A stretch of DNA of 64,000 nt from Candidatus Marinacidobacterales bacterium (GCA_965219415.1 CBDCNP010000002.1:2656001-2720000); one strand, 5' to 3'; positions 22,435-33,284 are shown, counted from the stretch's first letter. Notes: generated by a model from the letters alone, not told the origin. A program made the numbers and translations.

Positions 22435-23988
22435 ATGGCTGAGGTCCCGAAGGTCGACTACAAGCTGGGTCAGGACAACGTCCAACTCCTCGGCCTCGAC
22501 ATCCACAATCCGGTCTTCGTCGTCTCCAGTCTGACCATCATCGCGTTCGTTTCAGGCGTGCTAGTGTTCCAGGCCGGGGCGGCGGCCGCCTTCGGGGCGC
22601 TGCGCGCATGGCTCATGTCGACCTTCGACTGGGTGTTCATGAGCGCGGGCAACCTCTTCGTGCTCTTCTGCCTGATGTTGGTGGTAACGCCGCTCGGCCG
22701 CGTGCGTCTGGGAGGCGCGAATGCCCGGCCGGACTACTCCCGCTCGGCTTGGTTCGCCATGCTGTTCGCTGCCGGGATAGGCATCGGCCTGATGTTCTTC
22801 GGGGTGTCGGAGCCGGTGGAGCACTTCCTGCAACCGCCGCTCGGTCTCAAGGCGACCGACACGGCGGCAGCCCGCCTCGGCTTGGCCAGCGCCATCTACC
22901 ACTGGGGAATCCATGGGTGGGCCATGTACGCAGTGGTGGCGCTGGGGATTGCCTTCGCATCGTACAACCTCGGCCTGCCGATGACACTACGGTCGGCGTT
23001 CTATCCGCTCATGGGGGATGCGGTGTGGGGCCGGTTCGGCCACGGCATCGACACCCTCGCCGTCTTCGCCACGCTCTTTGGGCTGGCCACGTCGCTCGGC
23101 CTGGGTGCCCAACAGGCGGCGGCGGGGCTGGCCCACCTGTTGGGCGCGCCGGCGACCAACACCACCACCACCCAGGTGCTGCTGATCGTCGGCATCACCA
23201 GCATGGCGCTGGCGTCGGTTGTTAGCGGGATGGAGAAGGGCGTCAAGCGGCTGAGCGAGGCCAACCTGCTGCTCGCCCTGCTACTGCTGGCGTTCATGCT
23301 GACGGTCGGACCGACGCTCGACATTGTCACCGGCACCGTGACCAGCCTCGGCCAGTATCTCGCGGCGATCGGCCCCCTCAGCAACTGGGTGGGCCGAGAG
23401 GATCTCGACTTCATGCACGGCTGGACTGTCTTCTTCTGGGCCTGGTGGATCTCATGGTCCCCGTTCGTCGGTTTGTTTATCGCGCGGGTCTCGCGCGGCC
23501 GGACGGTGCGCGAGCTGACTGCCTGCATGCTGATCATCCCGACGCTGGTTGCCGCGATCTGGATGAACGCCTTCGGCGGGACTGCGGTATCGCAGTACGT
23601 TGACCACGGTCATCCCGAGGTGATCGCGGCGGTGCAGGCGCAGCAGCCGGAGATAGCCCTGTTTACGATGCTGGAGACGCTGCCGCTTGCGAACATCACG
23701 TCGTTCCTCGGCATCGTGCTGATTGTAGTGTTCTTCGTCACATCCTCCGACTCTGGATCGCTGGTCATCGACACCGCCGGCGGCAAGCTGGATGCGCCAG
23801 TCGCCCAGCGAGTGTTCTGGTGCGTTCTCGAGGGGATCATCGCCATCGCGCTGCTGCTCGGCGGCGGCCTCGTGGCTGCACAGGCAGCCACCCTCGCCAC
23901 CGGCCTCCCCTTCGCTTTGGTGCTGGTCGCCATGTGCTACAGCACCTGGAAGGGGCTGCGCGCAAGCACAGTGGGCAGGGCCAGTTAA
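22435..23988 (+). CDS. BCCT-family (betaine/carnitine/choline) transporter
   Basis: WFAMLFAAGIGIGLMFFGVSEP, HWGIHGWAMY, WTVFFWAWWISWSPFVGLFIARVSRGRT, FFVTSSDSG. Confidence 0.95.
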   Translation: MAEVPKVDYKLGQDNVQLLGLDIHNPVFVVSSLTIIAFVSGVLVFQAGAAAAFGALRAWLMSTFDWVFMSAGNLFVLFCLMLVVTPLGRVRLGGANARPDYSRSAWFAMLFAAGIGIGLMFFGVSEPVEHFLQPPLGLKATDTAAARLGLASAIYHWGIHGWAMYAVVALGIAFASYNLGLPMTLRSAFYPLMGDAVWGRFGHGIDTLAVFATLFGLATSLGLGAQQAAAGLAHLLGAPATNTTTTQVLLIVGITSMALASVVSGMEKGVKRLSEANLLLALLLLAFMLTVGPTLDIVTGTVTSLGQYLAAIGPLSNWVGREDLDFMHGWTVFFWAWWISWSPFVGLFIARVSRGRTVRELTACMLIIPTLVAAIWMNAFGGTAVSQYVDHGHPEVIAAVQAQQPEIALFTMLETLPLANITSFLGIVLIVVFFVTSSDSGSLVIDTAGGKLDAPVAQRVFWCVLEGIIAIALLLGGGLVAAQAATLATGLPFALVLVAMCYSTWKGLRASTVGRAS

Positions 23989-23998
23989 CCCTGCCACG

Positions 23999-24069
23999 CG
24001 TCCTGTGCCAAAACTCTGCCCTTGGTGGATAGAGTCTTCGAGGGTTCGGTTGTATTTTTGGACACGACG
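23999..24069. mobile_element. 71-bp hybrid mini-element (type-A and type-C ends)
   Basis: CGTCCTGTGCCAAAACTC...TTTTTGGACACGACG. Confidence 0.7.
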
Positions 24070-24459
24070 GGCTCGTGTCCTTGTTTGTCAACTACCGCCA
24101 AATCTCACGAAAGTAGCCGGTGAATCTCGGTCAACGTAGCCACCTGGAGCGAAGGCGTGGTCGGTCAAATGCTTGAAGCGCTTGAAGTCCTTGATTATGG
24201 CGCTCTTGAACTTCATCTTCGTCCCTCTATCGCGGTAGCGGTTTTCGTTGCCATGGCTTTTCGTCCTAGCTGGCAGCGGCCAAGCCGGTGATGGCCTAGC
24301 GCAAGCCTTCCAGGTGAGCCGCGTCTTGCCGTAGGGGTCACTCCTCCATGGGTCAAAATCGCACGTCAAGGCGCTAAGGGTGCTTCTTAGGCCGTAGCAA
24401 GCGGATGACTGAGGTGTGCGACTGACCCCGAGGCGCTTGGCGATCTCCCGCCGGCGGGC

Positions 24460-25097
24460 TGCCTTGGTGCACAACTCCGATAGAGGCCGAGAGCTCGCTT
24501 GGCCCCGACTCCCATCATCCGATCATCTCGCTATCAGGCATCCCGAGCGCCGTCATGGTGTTGAGAATCTTGCACCCGATCCTTGCCTCACCTCTCTGTG
24601 CCGCCAACCCTTCTCGCTCGCATCGCTGAGCCCACGATAGCCTTGTAGCGATGGAACGTTGTCTCGACTTTGCTCCGTTTGCTGTAGCCCGATTCTGTGT
24701 GCCACTTTCGTTTGCCGAGCCGAGCTTGTGCTGCAATGTTGCGATTGCGCTGTCGGCTGCTCGCCGGCCCCGATGCGAGCAGGGCGCCCTTGCGCGGCGG
24801 TATCAGCACCCTCGGCGAGCGATGAGCGCTGTGATTCTCGATTGCCTCATAGACGCCGCCGGCGTCGTATGCGGTGTCAGCTCTGGCCGATGAGATGGGA
24901 CTGTCGATCTGTCCGACAAGCGATGCAACCCGCGATGAATCGCGGGCTCTTTTGCTCGTCAGCTCGCCGGCGACGACTTCGCCACTCTGCTCGTCGACAC
25001 ACAGATGGAGCTTGCGATAGTCCCTGCTCTTTTGTGCTCTGCGCAGCTGGCCGGCGTGGACAGCGAGACCGCTGCTGTCGAACAAGATGTGCAACGG
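24460..25097 (-). mobile_element. IS5-family (IS903-like) 3' half, truncated by a type-A end
   Basis: Near-identical reverse complement of about 41980-42620. Confidence 0.9.
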
Positions 25098-25925
25098 CGT
25101 CCTGTGCCAAAACTCGGCCCTTTTGAAATAGGCCATAAATCAGCAGCTTAGTGTCTGTGTTTGCGACCGTGCCAAGGGCCGCAGGCTCTACAATCGTCTT
25201 GGGCGGACGGGTCGTCACCAGGCAGAAGACCACGTAGGCGAGAGCGAATATCCAAGCGTGTTCCTGAATCTGTCGCAGCGATAGCGCCCCAATGAGCCTT
25301 GATGAAGGTGCTCCACGGCATACTCTTGCTCCGCTCCGGGGCAGGCGCGATACCGTGCTCGGCGAGGGCCCCCTTGATGGTGTTGCGCCCAAGTTCATAT
25401 CCGAGGTTCTTGAGTGCGCCCTGCAGGCGCGTATATCCGCATGTCGGGTTCTCCCGTGCCACACGTACCATGAGCTCACGGACGTCTTTCGCCGTGGGAG
25501 GTCGGCCTGGACTCCGGTTCTTGGTGCCATCGTACTTGGCTGCGATGAGGTAGCGGTACCAGCGCAGCAGCGTAGCGGGTGTGGCAACGGACGCAATCTC
25601 GGCCAGCATCCAGCGGCCCAAGGCCTGGGCCTTGACGGCGAGCCTACGCCGGTCGTCGTCGGAGAGCCTGAGACGTTTGCCCCGAACCCGGCTCGGAGCA
25701 CACGGTTCTCCTCTCGCAGTTAGTCAATCACGTCCTGCTGCTGGCGGTTGACCTAGCCAGAACGAGCAGTAAGAATTGCACATGGTAGGTCATCATGGAG
25801 CTGAAGATAACACCCTCGGGCCAGACGATTGTAAAGCCCACGGCCCTTGACCTAGTCGCAAAACACAGACTCTAAGTGGCTGATTTATGGCCTATTTCAA
25901 AAGGGCCGAGTTTTGGCACAGGACG
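25098..25925 (-). mobile_element. Internally deleted type-A rve element with ~100-bp imperfect inverted repeats
   Basis: 25098-25199 matches the reverse complement of 25823-25925; transposase remnant [32 protein letters not shown]. Confidence 0.85.
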
Positions 25926-25930
25926 GGGTG

Positions 25931-26004
25931 TCTCGGACAGTGAGGTCAAACGCATCCGCCGTTTCATCCGCGAGCCGTACGGAATGGTATTGGTGACGGG
26001 GCCC
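25931..26004 (+). pseudogene. 74-bp diverged pilB fragment
   Basis: 66/74 nt identical to 62561-62634 by manual alignment. Confidence 0.88.
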
Positions 26005-26019
26005 GAGCACGAGTCGGGA

Positions 26020-26454
26020 TCATCCGCCGATGCCGTCGGCAGAGAGGTAGGCGTCGAGCGAGTGGAGCTCCTGCGACAGGTCGTCGACCATGTTCCTCAA
26101 CAAGTGTCGCGTCGATAGCATCCCGGCGACGTTCCCCCCGCGGTCGATGATGGGAAGATGGCGAATGTGGTTGCTCGTCATCATCGCGAGAGCCTCGCGA
26201 TGATGCATGTTGCTGGCAGCAACGATGGGCGGCGAGGTCATCACGTCGCGGATTGGGGTCTCATCCAAGTGGCTTCCTTTGGCCACCACACGCTTCAGGA
26301 GATCGCTAGCGGTGAAGATGCCCTTCGCCGATTGGTTCTCCACCACCACGACTGCGCCGGCACCGCAGTCAACCATTGTTTCCACGGCGTGTCGGACCGT
26401 GGACTCGGTTCCGATCGTCACCGCCGGAGTCCGGGCGATCTTGAGCAGCTTCAT
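26020..26454 (-). CDS. Tandem CBS-domain protein
   Basis: GAVVVVE..GIFTASDLLKRV, DVMTSPP, IRHLPIID; GGAGG RBS. Confidence 0.9.
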   Translation of the reverse strand: MKLLKIARTPAVTIGTESTVRHAVETMVDCGAGAVVVVENQSAKGIFTASDLLKRVVAKGSHLDETPIRDVMTSPPIVAASNMHHREALAMMTSNHIRHLPIIDRGGNVAGMLSTRHLLRNMVDDLSQELHSLDAYLSADGIGG

Positions 26455-26849
26455 AAACTGGCCTCCTTGTCTCGCACCCTCGGCGTGGCGCTGGACGCGA
26501 TCCCCGTACGGGCGTTCAGTTAGGCAACCGAGAAATCAGGTATAGCGTGCCTCCTCACGAGTAGGGGGAGGGCGACTTGTAGACGTAGATCTTATACACC
26601 AATAAGCGGTCGGATTTCAACTCCAAGTCACATCGCAGCGCTGCTACTTCGACGTGAAAACATCTGGGTGTGGGCTCCGAGATATTGGGTCTGGGAACTA
26701 GCTCAGGGTTCGGGTTCCGGTTGCATTCTGGTGAGGAGGCGCCCGACGATTGCAGACCTGCTCGCATCGCGCTACCGTGGCGATGCTGGTCGTTTCCCCA
26801 CGAGACCGCACTTGCAATCAGCGCCCCCTCGACTTGGGACGGAAAGCCC

Positions 26850-27200
26850 ATGAACGCCATCGACCGTCCCTTTGCAAAAATCATCAATGGAGCCTCCCAG
26901 TTCCTAATCCCCGTCTTTCAGCGCGACTACAGTTGGAACGAGGCGGAGTGCAAACAGTTGTGGCAGGACATCCTCCAGATCGCATCGGATCCGTCCGAGC
27001 GAAGTCACTTCCTGGGGTCCGTCGTCTACATCTCGACGGGGGACACATCGGCAGCATTCACTCGCTGGCTCCTGATTGATGGTCAGCAACGCGTCACCAC
27101 GCTGACGCTCCTCCTGGCAGCGCTTCGCGACCACATCGCCGAAAGCGGATGGTCCGGGACCGATGATGGGCCCACCGCGAAGCGTGTCGAGGCGTACCTG
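26850..27200 (+). pseudogene. DUF262 (GmrS-like) N-terminal fragment
   Basis: FLIPVFQRDYSW, HFLGSVV, LIDGQQRVTTL. Confidence 0.85.
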
Positions 27201-27324
27201 TTCGGTCATCTCAAATTCCCTGCTATTTCGGAACAGGGAATTGCTATCTAACCATCTGAAATATAGAGGGTTACCACGTGGAAAAACGGCCCAATCAGCC
27301 CCCAAATAGCCTAAATTCCCTGTT
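27197..27324 (-). repeat. Inverted copy of 4551-4679 (CAGGGAA repeat block)
   Basis: Direct reverse-complement match with a few mismatches. Confidence 0.85.
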
Positions 27325-27329
27325 TTTCC

Positions 27330-27490
27330 CCTCCTGTGCCAAAACTCGGCCCTTTTGAAATAGACCGCAAGAGCGAACCTTTCGACGTTTACAATGACGT
27401 CGGATCACCTCATCCGTTCGTCGCGAAACGGCCAATCCTTGCAGCTCTAAACTGCGGAATCAACGACGGATCGAGTTTTTGCGGAGCACA
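27330..27490. mobile_element. Hybrid mini-element (type-A and type-B-like ends)
   Basis: TCCTGTGCCAAAACTCGGCC...GGATCGAGTTTTTGCGGAGCACA. Confidence 0.7.
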
Positions 27491-27509
27491 GGTAGTTGGT
27501 TCCTATATG

Positions 27510-27887
27510 TTATGTCGTGTTCGCGAGGTCGTACTCGCGTACAAGCACGTCGGCAGGAAGGTTCCATCCGATCGACAGGGCTCGGATCATCGGCAGAGTG
27601 AGCGGGCGCTGCTGTCGGTTGAGCACTTCCGAAGCACGTGGCTGGGAGCCAATCAGCGCTCCGAAGTCTTTCTGGCGCAGGCCACGGGCCTCCATGACGT
27701 GCTCAATCGCCGAGATCGGATCCGGTGCCTCTATCGGCCAGCGCTCGGCTTCGTAAGCTTCTACAAGGGTAACGAGAACCTCAAGTTTGTCGCTTTCGGG
27801 CGTGTCCGGCGCGGCGCCCATCAGGCCGTCGATTGCGGTTAACGCGGCGTCGTAGTCGGCTTCGCTCTTGATCGGTTTGATGTTCAT
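27510..27887 (-). CDS. higA: HigA-family HTH antitoxin
   Basis: IKPIKSEADYDAAL, LVEAYE, PDPISAI, RPLTLPMIRAL. Confidence 0.9.
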   Translation of the reverse strand: MNIKPIKSEADYDAALTAIDGLMGAAPDTPESDKLEVLVTLVEAYEAERWPIEAPDPISAIEHVMEARGLRQKDFGALIGSQPRASEVLNRQQRPLTLPMIRALSIGWNLPADVLVREYDLANTT

Positions 27888-27896
27888 GTTGCACTC

Positions 27897-27995
27897 CTAG
27901 GCATTGGATGCATCGACCGCATCGTATTCGGCGTGCGTTCCCACGAAACGCACGAATCCGATCCGGCTCGCATAGTCGAAACGGACGACAAGCGC
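27897..27995 (-). pseudogene. higB: HigB toxin C-terminal remnant
   Basis: LVVRFDY...FVRFVGTHAEYDAVD. Confidence 0.8.
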
Positions 27996-28176
27996 TCGTG
28001 ACCTTCGCTGCGCGCTAAATAGAGCGTAAGCGCCTTTTTTGCAAAGGGATGCGTACACATTACCAACAGTAAACAGCGCAAGCACCCCTCAAGCCATGCT
28101 TGGGGACAATCGAGTTTAGGGCCTCAACCATGACACGTACTTCTTTGTCATCGCTTGGATAGACGGCACTGCAACG

Positions 28177-28954
28177 CCAAGCTCAGGCGATACACCCATC
28201 AGGGCAACCTTGTGCCATTCCTCGGAGGAGGCGTGGGTAGCATCGCCCAGCTAATGCACCGCTCGGCATCATCAAGCCAACTTGCCGCACCGGGATCCTT
28301 AAGCAGGGGTAGTCCAAGCTTGACCAGACAACAAGGCAAATCCAACTCCTCCGGTAGCTCCGTCCCCAACCAGCGCACGCCCTTTGCTGCGCCCTCAATC
28401 GTCCAGGCTGTCACGCACTGAACCATGACCCGGTGCTCGGGTCCCTGGATGAGCCACCCCACTGCGCCGACCCAGGTGTTCCTGATGCTTAGAAAGTATT
28501 CGGGGAATCCGGGTAACGGCACCGCTTGCCCGCCGGTGGCCACCTCGATGATGGACTGCAACGCAGCCAATGTCTCGGAGCGAACATCCGAGCGTGGCAT
28601 CTGGAACACGTGGTGCGTCGATAGGTGGTAGTGGTGCATCATCGACTCGCTGGCGAAGGAATGTCCAAGGGTAGCAACCCGTTCGCCAACATCTCCCTCG
28701 CCCGTTGGCTTCTGTTCGCCGGTCCGGGGGTTGTGTCCCTTGCGCGCCTTTCGTTGCGCCTTCACGAGTTTTCCAATTCCGGGAATGATGAACTGGCCCG
28801 TCCGCTTCGTCTCCTTCGCCGCGAGATCGGCAATCGACTTGAACCATGCCGCGGCCTGCTTTTTCGGAACCTGCATCGTTTCCGACATCTGGGCCACGAT
28901 TTGGGTTTTGGTCATGGGTTTTTTCGCCATTCCTCAAGTCTCCTCCGTTTTGAA
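28177..28954 (-). repeat. Copy of 4778-5785 with a 230-bp deletion, creating an HU::hypothetical fusion ORF (28199-28930)
   Basis: Near-identical sequence; bases equivalent to 5312-5541 are missing. Confidence 0.9.
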
Positions 28955-29860
28955 CCGCCCCGGGTTTTCCGGAGACTGTTTTAGTTGAGTCTCGCCATCT
29001 CTAGCGAGCCTTCCTGCGACCGATAGTAGTTCATCTCGTACTCGACGGGGGAGACATTTCCGATCGGCTCCAAGAGTCGTTGCGTGTTGTACCAATGGAC
29101 CCACTCGAGGGTGGCGAACTCAACGTCTTCGAGACCACGCCAGGGCCCACGTCGACGATCACCTCGGTCTTGTAGAGGCCGATGATGGATTCAGCCAAAG
29201 CGTTATCGTAAGAGTCGCCTCGGCTGCCGACGGACGGCTCAATGCCCGCCTCGGCGAGCCGCTCGGTGTAACGGGTCGAGACGTACTGCACGCCGCGATC
29301 GCTGTGATGCACCAATGGATCTTCTGGGTTTAGTCGGCGCTCGTGCAGCGCCTGCTCCAACGCATCGAGAGCGATGCCGGCAGTCAACGATGTCGTCGCT
29401 CGCCAACCGACGATGAGTCGAGCGAAGACGTCGATGACGAAGGCGACATACACGAAGCCGCGCCACGTGGCGATGTAGGTCAGGTCCGAAACCCAGAGCT
29501 CGTTCGGGCGTGTGGCGTTGAAGTCGCGCTCCACGAGGTCCATCGGGTGAGCGCCGCTCGAATCCGGCTTCGTCGTCTTGAATCGACGTCCACGGACCGC
29601 CCCCTGGAGACCCATTTCACGCATCAGACGGGCCACCGTGCATCGAGCCACGTCGCGGCCCTCACGGCACAGCTGACGCCAGACCTTGCGCACGCCATAC
29701 ACGTCAAAGTTCTCTTGCCGTACACGACGAATCTCGCCGCGGAGTTGGACGTCGCGCTTCGCTCTCGCTGGCAGGCGGCTTGGGTCCTTCTCTCTCGCTT
29801 TCTGCTCGTAAATAGGTCGACGGGGCGATCGGAAGCATCCGGCAGATCGGCTCGACCCCG
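28951..29860 (-). mobile_element. IS3-family copy 3, lacking orfA and the left end
   Basis: Matches about 20959-21870. Confidence 0.92.
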
Positions 29861-29899
29861 TTCAAGAGGGGGGTTTCAGGCGGTCAAGCGCTAATTTTC

Positions 29900-30295
29900 C
29901 TGTCAAATCTCCGCATGGTTCCCCGAGCTCGGTTAAGCTACTGATTCCTCCGACGTGAGTTGTGGAAGAAGCTCGTTGCGAAGTTCCTCGACTTTCCTTG
30001 TCGTGAGGACATCCGTACTCACACGGCGCCATTTGCCGGCGACGGCCAACAGGACAGCAAAAGAGAGTTTCATCGCGGCCTCCTCGGTGAAGAAGTGAGG
30101 GATTACCTTCGTCCGACGTTTGTGCTCTCCGAAGGTGCGTTCGAGCAGGTTCGCCGTTCGAAGCCTTTTATGGAAGTCGAGGGGCCTGAAGACACGTTTC
30201 GAGGGTCTCCTCCATGCACTTCATCGCATTCGAGAATCGTTGACGGTACCGAGCGAGCACTTCCCGGCCCGTCTTCAGCTCTTGCTTGTAGCTCT
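29900..30295 (-). pseudogene. IS256-family transposase C-terminal remnant
   Basis: NLLERTFGEHKRRTKVIPHFFTEEAAMKL. Confidence 0.6.
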
Positions 30296-30299
30296 GGCC

Positions 30300-31835
30300 A
30301 AGCTCGCCGTCGGAAAACGGTTACCAGGAGAGCTTCAACGGTAAGCTACGCGACGAACTGCTCAACGGAGAGATTTTCTTGAAGGAGTGGGCTTGATCCG
30401 GTTTCGTAGACGGTTTAGTTAAGCTGGCGAAGTCCTCATCCGTCGTTCAAACTCGGCCGGACTGACCTGGCCGAGGGTCGAGTGTCGTCGTCTCTGGTTG
30501 TAGAATACCTCGATGAAGTCGAAGAGGGCCATCTTGGCCTCGCCGCAACTGAGGAAATGCTCCCCAAGCTCGTGCTTGACCGTGGAGAACCAGCTCTCGA
30601 TGACGGCGTTGTCGTAGCAGTTGCCCCGTCGGCTCATGCTCCCGGTCATGCCATGCGTCTCAAGGAGACGTTGGTAGTCTTTGCTGGCATACGGACTGCC
30701 CTGATCGGAGTGATGCAAGAGCCCCGCGGCCGGTTGGCGACGTTTCAGTGCCATCCGCAACGCCTTGATAACCAGGTGACGGTCGTTAATAGCACTTACG
30801 GCCCACCCAACGAGGAATCGCGAGTAGAGGTCGAGGAGCGCCGCGAGATAAAGCTTCCCGCCGCTGCCGATCACGAACTCGGTCGTGTCCCCGACCCACC
30901 GTTGGTTCGGCGCATCGGCGACGAAGTCTTGCCCGAGCACATTGGCCGCGACGGGCTGGCCATGACCGCTTACCGTCGTGCGCTTGAAGCGTTTGCGTAC
31001 TCGAGCAATGAGGCCTTCTGCCTGTTTCAACCGAATCACCCGCTTCCGACTCACTCGATACCCCTGCTCGTGCAGGTCGTGATAAATCCGCGGACTCCCA
31101 TAGGTGCGGCGACTCGCCTCATGGGAGGCACGAATCAACACGCGCAACTGGCGGTCCCGGCGCGCGTGGGCCGACGGCGGCCGACGTACCCAGGCATAAA
31201 AGCCACTCCGAGAGACGTTGAGAATCTGACACAGGTGAACGACCGGTACGGTGGCCTTCTCCGCCTGGATGAACGCGAATCTTACTCGCTCTCCTTCGCG
31301 AAGAAGGCCGCGGCTTTTTTTAAAACGTCGCGCTCCACCCGCAACCGCCGATTCTCTTTGCGGAGCCGCCGAAGCTCCTCGCGTTCCACGCCCGTCAAGC
31401 CCGTCCGGCCCTTCGTCCGATCGGCCCGGGCCTGACGGACCCAGTTGCGAAACGCCGATTCGGTGAGGTCAAGCTCCCGGGCCACCCGACCCACGCTCTG
31501 GCCCTCATCAAGCACCAGCCGGACCGCGCCTGCCTTAAACTCGTCATCAAACTCCCGGCGGGGTCGCCGGGGCTGCGTTGTCTTTGCCATTGTGGACATC
31601 GTATCCGCCTTTCAGAAAGTGTCCACGAAACTGGATCAAGCCCAGAGGTCAAGGTCGTGATCGAAAGGTGGCGGCAAGAGTTCAATCGCCTTAGACCCCA
31701 CAGCTCGTTGGGTTACCGACCGCCGGCGCCGGAAACGATTTGGTTGAAACCGGCTCCGCTACGCCGGCTTCAACCAGCTCTTGTCAGCACCGAATGACTG
31801 AGATACAACGTGGTACTAACCGTGGGGTCAGATCA
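30300..31835 (+). mobile_element. IS3-family (IS407-like) 3' remnant interrupted by a second IS3
   Basis: [22 protein letters not shown] left of the insert; VVIERWRQEFNRLRPHSSLGYRPP right of it. Confidence 0.7.
30388..31644 (-). mobile_element. Complete IS3-family element with 3-bp TSD GAG; orfA 31282-31599, orfB about 30419-31285
   Basis: TIRs TGGGCTTGATCC(G/A)GTTTCGT(A/G)GAC; WVGDTT, HHSDQGSPY, DNAVIESWFSTVKHE. Confidence 0.92.
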
Positions 31836-32168
31836 GCACTCCGCGAACGAGTTCAAATCCGGGCTCCGTGCGGGCAGCTTGACGGGCGCGACGCCAACCG
31901 CCTCGATGGTCCGGTAGAACGACTCGCAAAACTTCGAGTCCCGGTCGTGAATGAGGTATCGGCTTGGGGACAGAAAGCCGACATCTGCCATGGTCACGTT
32001 GCGAGCCACTTGAGTCAATCCATTCGTTCGGATGCGGCGTGATGCCGGCGATGTGGACTCGACGGGTAGCCAGGTGTATGAAGAACAGACGAAATCATGC
32101 CGGCATGGTGTCGGCAGACTGGAGACTAATCAAGTTCAGGGCGCGCGGATGAATAAATAGAAGGCACA
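31836..32168 (-). mobile_element. rve transposase fragment plus type-D end
   Basis: YLIHDRDSKF, LPARSPDLNSFAE; ends AATAAATAGAAGGCACA. Confidence 0.7.
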
Positions 32169-32240
32169 CCCAGACGACCAGTATATGAGTCACCTCCAGT
32201 CATTCCTTTGGAAAACGACCGTCTATCTTTGCAACCTCTC

Positions 32241-32864
32241 CTAATCTTCAGACGTGTAGGTGAAATTCTTGGCGAAACCGCATCGGCCGCTCACTTCCCA
32301 ACGCAACGGGGCATCGTCCACTCGAAAACGGTCGGCCACGATTTCCTGTCCCGGCTCGTCGGCGCCCGGAATCCCACAGAAGACGGGTGCGTCGGAGACG
32401 GCCGGCCTCGCGGTCCTCGCCCGAACGAAGTCCGCCACCTCCATTGTCTCCCCGCGCGGGGTGTGGTCGAGCGCGATACGGGCCGAACGCACCGCATAGA
32501 CGTCGTTAATGGCGTGAGCGAAGTTGCGGAGAGTGCCGCCACCTCTTCGGCCCAGGAAGATGTCGGTGAGCACCTCTTTTTGCTTGGGGCCAGCCGATTC
32601 GTCTAGGTAGAGAACCACACGCCACGGCGGCCACTTCGAGCCCGCCCGCGACGGCGCGCTTCTTTCATAGGTACCAGCCAGCACAACCGAAAGGGTGGAA
32701 AGATCCGTCTCTCCTGAGCGCCCCTCGCGAATACGCCAGGAAAGGGCAAAGTCGCACGTGTCATACGAGGCACGACGAAGATCACGATGGACTCGGCAAG
32801 GGCATACCGCCTCGCAATTGCATACTTCATAGTAGGTTCCCGTTAGATACCAATCTTCTTTCAT
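32241..32864 (-). CDS. DUF1326-family protein
   Basis: W.LTGTYYEVCNCEAVCPC, WRVVLYLDESA, DIFLGRRGG. Confidence 0.8.
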   Translation of the reverse strand: MKEDWYLTGTYYEVCNCEAVCPCRVHRDLRRASYDTCDFALSWRIREGRSGETDLSTLSVVLAGTYERSAPSRAGSKWPPWRVVLYLDESAGPKQKEVLTDIFLGRRGGGTLRNFAHAINDVYAVRSARIALDHTPRGETMEVADFVRARTARPAVSDAPVFCGIPGADEPGQEIVADRFRVDDAPLRWEVSGRCGFAKNFTYTSED

Positions 32865-32881
32865 GCTATGCAGCCATCATT

Positions 32882-33260
32882 TCATGAGAAGCCCGGGTAG
32901 AAAGCCGGAAACCACAGCACTGCTATCGCCAAGACGAAGCAAGCCGCACCGACGGCTCGCGGAAACGCCTCGCTGGTCGTCCACGTCTTTTCGATCGCGC
33001 GACGACGACGCTCAAAATCATCATAGCCCCGACGTTCATGACACCGAACACGAACATGAGAACCATCAATGCCCAACAACAGCCCAAACAATAGGCCCCG
33101 TGATGGGCTCCGACCCGGAAATGGCGAAAAGGTCCACGCCAGGAGGCGTAATCCAAGAGTAACGAGAACGGGACCCGGCATTGGGTGAGACATTTATATT
33201 TGAAAGAGCTCAGTTGATAGACGCCTGAGACCGCGAAGATAATAGCCGCCACAACCGTGG
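32882..33260 (-). pseudogene. DUF2182-family membrane protein, C-terminal fragment, frameshifted
   Basis: GVYQLSSFKYKCLTQCR, GAYCLGCCWALMVLMFVFGVMN; usual partner of DUF1326. Confidence 0.8.
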
Positions 33261-33284
33261 CAGAGTAAGCGCCTCCCAGTAGCT

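Noticed and set aside
22418-23998. Classical integron cassette
   Set aside because: No attC-like RYYYAAC...GTTRRRY palindrome was recognised and there is no tyrosine integrase.
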